In this document: positions 43,495 through 55,400 of the stretch, in pieces
How positions within the stretch are numbered: the stretch's first letter is position 1
Layout: each line of letters starts with the position of its first letter
Origin: a virus
Lineage: Duplodnaviria; Caudoviricetes
Virus record (IMG/VR): IMGVR_UViG_2519899535_000001
Coordinates: 3,526 to 67,525 of that record
Direction: 5' to 3' (one strand)
DNA length: 64,000 nucleotides
Program-made: the position numbers and the translations under genes
Notes under the pieces: generated by a model
Told to the model about the DNA's origin: nothing
Databases searched by the model: none
What the model saw: only the letters and a program-made list of their open reading frames with translations

Positions 43495-46400
43495 ATGAGC
43501 GATACCTTCTCCTACGAAGACGCCGCAAAGCCGGCACCCTCCACTAAGTCCGAATCGGCTAAGCCGTTCAGCTACGAAGAGGCGACGGGGCAGACCCCAT
43601 CGCGTGGCTTCAAGGGCTGGGCGCAGGATGTTGCAGGCACAGCAATCAACAGTGCCATCAGCGTGCCCGAGGCCGTCGTGGGCCTGGCCGACATCCCCAC
43701 GGGCGGTGCCGTAGGCAAGTTCTTGGAGAACGAGGGCGGCTCCGTAGGCTTCCGGCCCAAGCAGGCCAAAGAGTTTGTCAATGAAACGATCAAGTCTGAT
43801 GCTTCGCGCGAAGCCCACCGGAAGTTCAATGAGGCCGATGGCATCGTGGATAAGACGGTTGCTGCCATCCAAAACCCGAGCCTGATCCTTGAGGGTGTAG
43901 GTGAGTCTCTGGGCGCCATGGGTGCCGGTGGTGTTGCCTCGCGCGGTCTGATGGCCGCCACGAAACTCGGACAGATGGGCGCCAAGGGCGCTGCGCTGGC
44001 TGGCGCTGCTGGTGAGGGCATCACCATGGCGGGCTCTGCGGCCGAGCAGATCCGCCAAGAAACCCCGGATGGTTCGCTCACGCCTACTCAATCGGGCCTT
44101 GCTCTTGCGACCGGCCTTGTGGGTGGTGCCATCGGCGCATTCAGCGGGCGTGTCGCCAACAAACTGGGTATCGGTGACGCCGAAACCATGCTCGCCCAGG
44201 GCACAAAGGGTATGGCCAAGACAGAAGCGGACGGCGCAGCACGTGCAGCCGCGAACCCGCTGGTGCAGCAGCTGGCGGCCAAGAGCATCCCGCGCCAGGT
44301 GATCTCGGGGGCAATCTCCGAAGGCTTCCTCGAAGAACTGCCGCAGTCCGTGGCCGAGCAGATTTTCCAGAACGTGGCCCTGGGCAAGGACTGGCTGACG
44401 GATGTGGATTCAGCCGTGGTCATGGGCGTGCTGTCTGGTGGCGCTATGGGCGGCGCAGCCGCTGGCTACCACGGCATCAGGCAGCCGAAGGGCGGTGCTG
44501 GTGATGCGCCAACCGCCCAACCTGGCGCGGTACCCGCCGATGGCGGTGCGCAGCCGGGTGCCGCCCCCACCAACCCGGGCATGGAACGCATCCAGCAGGC
44601 ATTCGCTGCCCAACTGGCGGCGCTGCAGCAGCAGGAGCAGGGCGATCCGCCCGTGCCCCAGACCGCGCCACCCGATGGCGCCGCCGCGCTGGCGCAGCAG
44701 CAGGCCCAGGCCGAAGCCCAGCGCCAGGCTGCCATTGATGCCTCGCGCGCTGTGCAGAGCCCTGACGACGAGATTTACCAGTCCACGGGCATGCAGTCCA
44801 GTCAGAACGTGACGCGCGATGAAAATGCCGCGCCATCCATAGCGGACATGCTGGACACCGACGCCGTATACCGAGCCTGGAGCAATCTGCGGGATGGATC
44901 TGACCGCTCAACCATGCGTGGTCAGATGGACTATGTGGAGCGCACCTACGGCGGAAAGGTGAGCCCTGAAAACCGCGCATCCGCAGAGAAGGAACTTGCG
45001 CAGCAGTTCAAGTGGTTCCGCGCTGCCACGCCGGAGCAGCGTGCGGCCACGATGGACCGCCTGAGTGCACCCGATCCTGTCAAGCCTTCCGTCGCCATGG
45101 GCCTGAACCCTGCCGCAGGCCCGCTGTCTGCTGGTGCTGCACTGGCTGTCGATACCGGCGTATCTGACCAGGTGCAGCAGGCTGCCGCGCTGGCCCAGGC
45201 CGCCGAAGTGGCGCAAAAGCAGGGCAAGAAACCTGCCCAAAGCAATCAAAAACAAGAGCGGCAAGCGCTTACGCAGCAAGGTGTGAACCAAGAAACCGGC
45301 GAAATTTCGCAGGGCTTGCCCATGGAGAGCTGGAGCGATGCCCAGTTGTCCAACACCTTCCGTGGCGCTCAGTCGCGCGAGGTCCGCATGCAACTGGCCC
45401 AGGAACTGGGCCGACGCCGCGCACTGCGTGAGCAGCAGGAGCTGCAGGCCGAGCTGGATGCCGAACAGCGCGCCAGCGTGCCCGGTGCCGAGCGCGCCGA
45501 TGCCGCTTTTGCCTCCCTGACGGAAGACGCCGGCCCCGTACCGGCCGATCTGACCATTCCCGCAACCACAGAAGGAAACCGCAATGGCCCTCAAGCCGCC
45601 CAAGCCCAGCAAGGTAGCGCGCAACCGTCGCAAGTCGGAGCAGCGCCAGCAGTCGCACGTGGAGCACCAGATGCTCAAGGACGCTCAGGCGCGGATGGCG
45701 CGCAGCAAGCAGCCGCTGCAGGCCTGATCGATGGCGCCCCGACTGCGAACCCTGGAATGCAAGCAGCGGCAGCGCCAGGCGCGCAAGTTGCGCCGCAAGC
45801 AGAAGGCTCTGCACAGCGCGTAGCCAGCACTGGCGATGCATGGACGCGTATGCCCACTGCCGAACGCCAGGCCCTGGCCCAGCGGGCGGACCTCAAGCCC
45901 ATCGTGCGCAAGAACGTCCACCGCGCGGCCTGGGCCGATCTGAACCGCGATGTTCAGCGCAAGCTGGCCGAGGCGATGGAGCCCAGCGCGAAGAATGATG
46001 CAACCTACACCAAGGCTCTGGAGTTGGTGCGCAGCGCAGGCGTAGTGAAGCGTCCGGCTATTCAGGATGCCCTGGGTATTGGTTTCGATGAAGTCAATGC
46101 GCTGATGGAGCGCATGGAGCGCGAGGGCGTTGTGACTGCCGCCAAGGCGAATGGCGAACGTGCTTTGCTTTCCGTCGGCACATCGCCCACGGGCGAGGCT
46201 GCGCCAGTCGCAGCACCATCCGTATCCCGTCAGGATGCGGAGCAAGAGCAGGCCGGTACCAGCGCCGAATCTGCACCAGCAGCTATCAATTCAGAAGCGG
46301 ACAAGGACGGAAACACTATCGTCGGCCGCCGCTCTGACGGCGTGATGATTCGCCAGGACAAGAACGGCGTGCGCTGGTATGCCCAGGGCGGCGTGCGCAT

Positions 46401-49400
46401 CGAGGAAACCGTGTCCATGCGCCCCACGCGCCAGGGCATGCAGGTAACGCGCGGCGAGCTGAAACCCGAGTTCATGACGGCGGCAGAGAGCGAGGCGGCC
46501 AAGTCTGCTGCCAGCCCGGCACCAGCTGCAGAAAACGCCATCAATGTTTCTGATGAAAATCAGACCGGTACCAGCACCAAAGAAGCGCCGGTAGCTACGA
46601 ATTCAGTAGCAAAAAAGGCACCTCCTGCTGCCAAGAAGCCCAGCGCTGATCAGGTGCGCGCGCAGGCCGATCTGATGAACGCCCTGGCCGATCTGGGCGA
46701 CATCCTGGGCAAGAACACCCGCATGAACATCATGCCCGAGCAGGAGCAAAAGCTGCTGCCAGTGCTCACGCGCGTGCTGGATGCCGCTTTCCGCCTGGGG
46801 TATCACAAGTTCAAGGATTCGGCCAAGTTCGCCCTGGACCAGATCCGCGCCAACCTGGGCGACGATGCGGCTGACGCCCTGACGCTGGATCACCTGCAGG
46901 GCGCCTACATCGCCATGGCGGGGGGCAAGACGGGAGCGGATACCAAGCGCGCGGTCATCGACGTGGAGAGCAAGGCAGAAATTGAGGCGCACGAGGCCTC
47001 TGTTGCTGCAGAAGAGGACGAGGCCGATAATGCACAGCAGGAGAACCCCAGCGATGAGCGCACAACTGTACGAAGCGAAAGCCCGCAAGCACTGGACGCA
47101 GTGGCTGCCCAAGAAGGTGGCCGCGCTGAAAGCGAGCGGGGAGCTGGAGCAGGCGCTGCAAACAGCGGGCAAACAGGCGCAGCAGGAAGTGCTGTCGCTG
47201 ATGGAGCAGGGTTTTCGCCAGCACGAGGCGGAGGAAGTGGCGTTGAGCCAGTACGTGCTCCTAAAACCAGAGCCCGAGGCCGAGCTGGAGCCGTGGGAGC
47301 GCAAGGAGCTGGCGCAACTGGAGAGCCAGTACCGCAAGCAGATGGGCGCGTAGCCGTCCCTGGGGGCGAGGCCAGCGCCCCGAACATTCCTGCCGCCGAC
47401 TTCCAGATCACCGACGAGGTGGGCCTGGGCAAGGGCGGTGAGGTTCAAAAGTTCACCGACAACCTGGCCGCAATCCGCACCCTCAAGGCTATCGAGGCTG
47501 CCAACCGCCGCGCAACCCCGGAAGAACAGGCAATGCTGGCCCGCTATGTGGGCTGGGGTGGCCTGGCCAATGCATTCCCCGACCCCGGTACCGGCCAGTT
47601 CAAGGACAAGTGGCGTGCGCGTGGTGAGGAACTGCGCGATCTGCTGACCAAGGAGGAATACACCGCCGCGCGCCGCTCGACGCGAAACGCGCACTACACC
47701 TCCCAGACCGTGGTGTCGGCGATGTGGGATATGGTGCGCCGCCTGGGCTACCGTGGCGGATTGGTGCTGGAATCCTCGATGGGCTCCGGCAACTTCCTGG
47801 GCCTGGCCCCCAAGGACATGCCCAATCGGTTCGTGGGTGTCGAATACGACAGCCTGACCGCGCGCATCGGCCAAGCCCTGTACCCGCAGGCGACGGTGCT
47901 GCATTCCGGTTTCCAGAAGGTACCGGTGGCCGACAACGCTTTCATGCTGAACATCGGCAACCCGCCGTTCGGCAGCGAGTCCCTGCGCTTCCAGTTCAAG
48001 CCCGAGCTGCAGGGCGTGTCGATTCACAACCAGTTTTTCCGCGCTGGCATGGATGCGCTGCGCCCCGGCGGCATTCAGGCCATGGTGGTGTCGCGCTTCC
48101 TCATGGACGCGCAGGACAAGAGCAGCCGCTTGGCACTGGCCGCGCAGGCGCGCTTGGTGGCCGCGATCCGCTTGCCTGACACCGCATTCAAGGAGAACGC
48201 GCGCACGGAGGTGGTCACTGACATCCTGATCTTCCAGAAGATGGATGCGGGCGACCAGGCCGCGATGCAGGCCGCCATCACGGAATACAACAAGCTCAAG
48301 GCCAACAAGAAGGGGGCGGACGCAGCCGCCGCCGCGCTGGTGCCCTCCTGGGTGGAAACGGTCAAGGTGCCCGACCCGCTGGGCGGCGAGGCCATGAACG
48401 TCAACGCCTATTTCGCAGAGAACCCGGCGAATGTGCTGGGCGTCATGGAGCGCTCCGGTTCCATGCAGCATGGCGCAGACATCACAGTGCGCTTGGACAA
48501 TCCTGCAGAACTGGGCGAGCTGCTGCGCGCCGCTGTGCAGCGCCTGCCAGAAGGCATCCAGAACTTCCAGCAGGATGTGCTGGACGCTACCGCCGCGCGC
48601 CACAAGTCCATGAGCGACGCTCTGCGCATCGCCGTGGCCAACGAAGAGGCCGGGCACATCAAGGCCAGCCCGGACGGCAAGCTGCAGCGCGTGATCGAGC
48701 GCGAGACGCCGGAAGGCGATTTCGAGTTTGCCTACCAGGAGATTGACGAAAACAGCCCCTGGCATGAATCCCTGAGCCAGAACGCAGAGGGCCAGTGGTA
48801 CAGCATGGAGCCCGTGCTGGACGAGCAAGGCAAGAACGTCAAGGCCATGAACGCCAATGGCGAGGCCACGCGCAAGAACCTGTACGAGCGAAAGGTCTAC
48901 GCCAAGCCCGAGGACGTGCCCGAGAAGCTGCGCCTGGGCAAGCTGGGCATGAAGCGCCTCAGTGGGCTGGTGGGCCTGCGCGACCTGCTCAAGCGCCAGC
49001 TGGTGCTGGAAACGGCCGACGCCGTGCCCGCCATGATGGAGGGCAACCGCAAGAGCCTGGCCGCTGCCTACGAGGCATTCGTCAAGGCCAATGGCCCGGT
49101 GGGGCGTGCCACCAACATGAGACTGGCGATGACCATGCCGGACGGCGGCCTGATCGCCGCCCTGGAGGTGGACTACCAGCCCGAGCGCACCGCAGAGCAG
49201 GCTGCGCGCTCCGGGCTGGAGGCGCAGAAAGAGAAGGCCACGCCGGCACCGATCCTGCGTGAGCGCGTGGTGCCCAAGTATGAGCCCGCGACCAAGGCCG
49301 CCAGCCCATCGGACGCCCTGGCCATCACCCTGGCCGAGTCCGGCCGCGTGGACATGGACCGCATCGCCAGCCTCCTGGATATTAGCCCGGAGCAGGCTGG

Positions 49401-52400
49401 AGAGGCCTTGCAACAGGGCACTGACCCGTTGGTGTTCAAAGACCCTGAAACCGGCCTGTGGGAGACGGCCGACGCCTACCTGTCGGGCATGGTCAAGCGC
49501 AAGCTGAACGCTGCGCGCGCCGCTGGCATGACCAAAAACGCTCAGGCACTGGAGAAGGTCATTCCCGCCGACTGGACCGCAGAGAACGTGGCTGTGACCA
49601 TGGGCGCCACCTGGGTGCCGCCTGAAATCTATGCAGATTTTGTGCGCCATCTGGTGGGCGGCAAGGCGCGGGTGAGCTTTTCGGCTCTGACCAACAGTTT
49701 CAGTGTCAGCGTGGACGGCGCCGAGCGCACCAGCATGTCCAACTGGAGCAGCGAGGGTGCGCCAGCCGACTACATCATCACCCGCATCCTGAACAGCAAA
49801 GCTGTGACCGTCACCGCCCGCGATGCGGACGGCAACACCTTCATCGACAAGGAGCGCACCGCCCTGGCTGGGCTCAAGGCCCGCGAGATTGAGGCCGAGT
49901 TTGGCGACTGGGTTTTCAAGAATGGCGAGCGCCGCCAGCGTCTGGTGGATGTGTTCAACGAGAAGTTCAACACGCGCGTGGTGCGCCAGTTCAATGGGCA
50001 GCACCTGCAACTGCCCGGCAAGGTGCCCGACGCCATCCTCAAGATGCGCCGACACCAGATGAATGCCATCTGGCGCGGTATCTACGAGCGCTTCATGCTG
50101 GTGGACCACGCCGTGGGCGCGGGCAAGACCTTCACCGCCATCGCGCGTGCGATGGAGCGCCGCCGCATGGGGCTTTCGCGCAAGCCCATGGTGGCTGTCC
50201 CCAATCACCTGGTGGAGCAGTGGGCCGCCGATGTGTACCGTCTGTACCCTGGCGCCAAGGTGCTGGCCGCCGGCAAGAAGGATTTCGAGGCCAAGCGCCG
50301 CCGCCGCCTGTTCGGCAAGATCGCCACGGGCGACTGGGACATCGTGATCGTGCCCCATTCGTCCTTCGGGTTCATCGGCATTGCCCCGGAAACGGAGTCT
50401 CGCTACCTGGAGCTGGAAATGGCCCAGGCGCAGGCCGCCATCGAGGACGCCTGGGAGCAGGCCAAGGAGGACGGCACCGACAACGGGCGCCGCAAGCCCT
50501 TCAACGTGAAGGAGGCCGAGCGCCTGGCCGAGAAAATTCAGGCTCGCATGGATCGCCTGGCGGAGGGAGTGCGCGACCGCCTGCTGACCTTTGAGCAGCT
50601 GGGCGTGGATGACCTGACCGTGGACGAAGCCCATGAGTTCAAGAACCTGTACTACTCGTCCAACCTGACGGGTGTGCGCGGCATGGGCGACAAGACCGGT
50701 TCGCGCAAGGCCAACGACCTCTACAACAAGGTGCGGGTGCTGCGCGAGCAGCCCACCGGTAGCGTCACTTTCCTGACTGGCACACCGATCAGCAATAGCG
50801 CCGTGGAAATGTTCACGATGCTGCGCTACCTGGCGGCCGACGCGCTGGACGAAATGGGCCTGTCCCACTTCGACGCCTTCCGCGCGCAGTTCGTGGAGGC
50901 CACGCCTGCGTTTGAGCCCACCGAATCCGGCCGCCTCAAGCAGGTCACTCGCCTGGGCCGCACGTGGTCGAACATGCGCTCGCTGATGGACCTGTACTAC
51001 CAGGTCACGGACGCCGTGAGCCTGGACGACATCAAGCGCTTCTACGCCGAGGACAACCCCGGCCGCGAATTCCCTGTGCCCAAGGTGGCCGGTGGGAAGG
51101 ACCGCAACCTGGTGGCCATCAAGCCCACGCCAGCACAAGAACAGGGCCTCAAGGAGGTGATGGACGGATTCGACGGCCTGGACGGCATCGAAGACCCCTA
51201 CGAGCGCAACGCAGAGCGCCTGCGCCTGATGGACCGGGCGCGCAAGCTGTCTCTGGACATCCGTGCAGTGGACCCGCGCAGCACCAGCGCCGAGGAAGGC
51301 GGCAAGCTGCAGGTGGTGAGCGAGAACATCAAGCGCATCTACGACAAGTGGGATGCCGACAAGGGCACGCAGCTCGTATTCCTGGACCGCTCTGTTCCCA
51401 AGGCCAAGGGTGACGACGCGATCATCAAGGCCTACGATGACCTGATCGCCAAGCGTGATGCCGCACTGCGCGACGACAACCAAGAGGCGTTTGACGAGGC
51501 GCAAGAAGCCCTCGACCGCTACGATCCCCAGGAGATTGCCGAGCTGCGTATGGCGCAAACCTCCCCATGGAGCGCCTACCAGCAGATCAAGGACAACCTG
51601 ATCGCCGCTGGCATCCCCGCCAACGAAATCCGGTTCGTTCAGGAGGCCAACAACGACGAGCAGAAGGCCGCACTGTTTGACGCCGTGAACGGCGGCAAGG
51701 TGCGCGTAATGATCGGTTCGACCCCGCGCATGGGCGCCGGTACCAACGTGCAACAGCGCATCGTGGCACTGCATCACGTTGATGTGACCTGGAAGCCCAG
51801 CGACATCGAGCAGCGGGAGGGCCGTGCCATCCGCCAGGGCAACCTGCTCCTGGAGAAGTACGGCGATAGCTTCGAGGTGGAAATCCTGGCCTACGCCACC
51901 GAGCGCACGGTGGACGCCAAGATGTGGGACTTGAACGCGACCAAGCTGCGCACCATCAACGGTATCCGCAAATACGACGGCGCGTTTTCCATGGAGTTCG
52001 ATGACGAGGAAGCCGTGGGCATGGCCGAAATGGCTGCCCTGGCCTCCGGCAACCCCCTGTTGCTGGAGCGCGTCAAGACGGAATCGGAAATCACCACGCT
52101 GGAGCTGCAGGAGCGCGCTTTCCGCCGCAGGATGTTCGGCATCGAGGACGCGGTGGACAGCGCAGAGCGTGCTATCGAGCGCAACCCCGGCCGCATTGCC
52201 GACGAGCGCGCCAAGAAGGTAAAGGCGAATGCGGCCATGGAGGCGGCCGACGCGCGCAAGGCCGCGCGCCGCGTGACCATCGAGGGCAAGGAATACGACA
52301 ACCTGCGCGACGCTATGACCGCCGTGAACGAGGCCATCGAGCAGCAGCAGGGCGGCAAGCCCACGGCGCGCTACTCGATTTCCGTGGACGGCGCGCGCCT

Positions 52401-55400
52401 GACCAACAAGGACGGCATCGACACTGCGATTGGCGCTGCCCTGGGCGATGCATCCCTGTTCGATGTGACCATCGACGGGCGCCTGATCGCCCAACACACC
52501 GTTGCCGCACGTGAACTGGCCGCCAAGTTCAACGAGCTGACCAAGGGCATCCAAGCTGGCGACTCGCGCACCGCCACTGTGGGCGACATGCTGGGCTATG
52601 ACCTGGTGCTGGACGCCCAGGCCCGCGAAACCGGCAAGGGCGGCGCCCAGATCGACGCCTCGGTGTCGCTGGTGGACGCGGACGGTACCACCGTGACCAG
52701 CCGTGGATTGAATTCATTCGCAGTCAATCAGTCCGTGGTGCCCGCCAATGTTCGCAATCTGGTGACTGATCTGTTCGATGACATTGGCCGCCTGGCCAAC
52801 AGCAGCACCGACTACCTGGAGCGCCAGCTTGCGCGGGCGAAGGCAGATCTGCCGGCACTGCGCGAGCAGCTGAACCAGACGTTCCCCAAGGCGGCCGAGC
52901 TGGTTGCCAAGCGTGAGCGCCTGCGGGAGCTGGTGGGCATGCTGGAGGGCAAGCCGCAGAGCGCCGTTCAAACGACCCCTGAAGAAGCCGAGGCGGGTGA
53001 CGGATCTCCGGGGGGCGACGTGGCGGCATTCCGACGCGACGGTGCCGAAAGCTCAGAGCGGGCGACCGAGTTCGACGTGGATTCGTTCCTCAAGGCCATG
53101 GGGCGCCCAGCGGCCTACTCCGAGGCCGCGCAGCGGCAGGCCATAGACTCCGTTTCAGCCACGGTGGATGCCATCCGCACTGCCTGGGGCCCGAACGCGC
53201 CAGAGGTGGTGGTGGCCTTCGACATGCAGGATGAGCGCATCCCAGAGGCCGCCCGCAAGGCCGACCTGCGCCAGCGCAGCGGCGGCGCACGCGGAGCGCC
53301 CGAGGGCTTCTACTACCGTGGCAAGGCCTATCTGGTGGCCTCTCGCCTGAACACGCCAAATGATGCGGCGCGCGTGCTGTACCACGAGGTGCTGGGACAC
53401 CACGGTCTGCGCGGTAAGTTCGGCCGCGATCTGGACCAGGTGCTGAACCAGATCGCCACCATGCGCAAAGCCGAGGTGGCCGCCAAGATGCAGGAGTACG
53501 GCCTGCGGGGCGTGAACAGCCTGAGCGTGCGCGAGGCGGCCGAGGAAGTTCTGGCGGAAATGGCCGAGAAGAACCCCCAGCTGCCGTTTGTGCAGCGGGC
53601 GATTTCAGCCATCCGCAACTTCCTGCGCACCCATGTGCCGGGCTTCCAGAGCCTGCGCCTGACGGACAGCGACATCATTCAGGCGTACATCATGCCGGCA
53701 CGCGGATGGGTGGAGCGCGGTGGCCCCGGTGGTCCTGGTGGTGGTGTCAGTTTCAGCCGAGACGCGGGCCGAATGGAGGCGGACGCGCTCCGGCTGCTGG
53801 CCGCCGCAGCTCGCTCTTCCGGCAACGAGAACACCACGCTTGTCCTGGGGCCGGTGACAGACGATGCCTTGGCCATGCTGCAGCGCGAGGGCGTTCCTGT
53901 GGAGTCAGGCTATCGGCACACTGCCGACATGTATGCGGTGCGCCACGCCCTAAGTCGTCACGGCGATGCGCAAGTGGAGGCGAAGCAGGGCCAGCTGCCA
54001 CTGAGTGATGCGGACATCGCGGCCATTCCAGAGGCCATTGCAGCGCCGGATGCTTGGATTCTTGGGGCCAAGACGCCGCGCGGGCAAGACATCGTGGGCA
54101 ACCTAAAGCGATTGCCTGATGGAACGGTGCTGTATTTGGAGGAAGTGCGCTCGGGGCGCAAGGCGCTGGCGATGACCAGCATGAGAAAGTACCCCGGTAC
54201 GACGGATTTTGAAACGATCAGGAATCGAATCGTGCCGTCCTACGCCCAGAGCGATACCGGGGATTTGCGTATTGTCTATCCAGCCGGCGCTGCCGGTCAA
54301 GGAGAGGTCCTGTTCAGCCGCTCCAGCATGGCGGACTTGAAGGACAGTGCGCTGCAGCAGATCCACCAGACCCTGTCCCACCCCGGAAAGGTGTCGTTGT
54401 GGGATAAGACAGTGGGCACCATGCGCAACCTGGCAGAGCGCTCGCCGGTGTTCAAGCCGGTGTACGAGGCTGCGCAGCGCTTCATTGATGACGTTTCCAT
54501 GCTGGGCAACGATGCGGCCGACCGCGCGCCGCGCTTGCTGCCCCGGGTTGAAACGCTGGCCGACCTCAAGAAGAAGCCCATCACCGCCGCCGACAACCAG
54601 GCTGTGGCCAAGCCCCTGTTCGAGGGCACGCTGCTGTGGGCGCGCGATGTGGACGGCAAGCCAGTGACCACCGAGGCGCTGAACGCGAAGTACCGCAACA
54701 CCACGCCCGACGAAAAAGCGCAGATCCTGCTGCGCACCGGCAAGATTCAGGAGCAGATGCTCAAGGTATGGCGCGGCCTGCCGGTGGATCAGTACAACAC
54801 CATCATCAACAACAAATTTGATAGCACCATCCTCAAGCCGGGTGTTGTCTGGACGGCGAAAGAGCTGAAAGACTTGTTCGACCTGAGCGCCCAGCAGGTG
54901 AGCCTGTACCAGGAGGCGCGGGCCGCGATTGACCGATCGATCGACATGACCGCCCGCGCCGACATGCTGCGCGCGCTGGGTGCCGGATACGCTGGCCTGC
55001 GTGAGGCAGTGCTGGCGCAGGCCAGCGTGGAAGACGCGATGGTGCTCATCACGGACACGCTGCAGGCCGAGGCGCGCGAGCAGCCTGACCAGGCCGACCG
55101 CATCCTGAGCCTGAACAACGCCGTGGTGAAGAGCTACGAGCGCGCCCAGGCGCTGATGGAGGCCGGCTACGCGCCGCTGTCGCGCTTTGGCCGCTACACC
55201 GTGGACGTGGTGGGCAAGGACGGAACGCGCGAGTATTTCGGCATGTTTGAGTCGATGTACGAGTCCAACAAGATGAAGGCCGCCATGGAGAAGGAATTCC
55301 CAGGCGCGACCGTCACCCAGGGCACCATGAGCGATGAGGCATTCAAGCTGTTCCAGGGCATCACCCCGGAAAGCCTGGAGCACTTCGGTGAAATGTTGGG

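Noticed and set aside
46544-46594. 16-aa +1-frame ORF MFLMKIRPVPAPKKRR in the giant gene
   Set aside because: No RBS and too short to distinguish from chance
46603-52554. 1,983-aa minus-strand ORF
   Set aside because: Antisense to MTase/helicase; mirror of GC3-biased codons, no motifs
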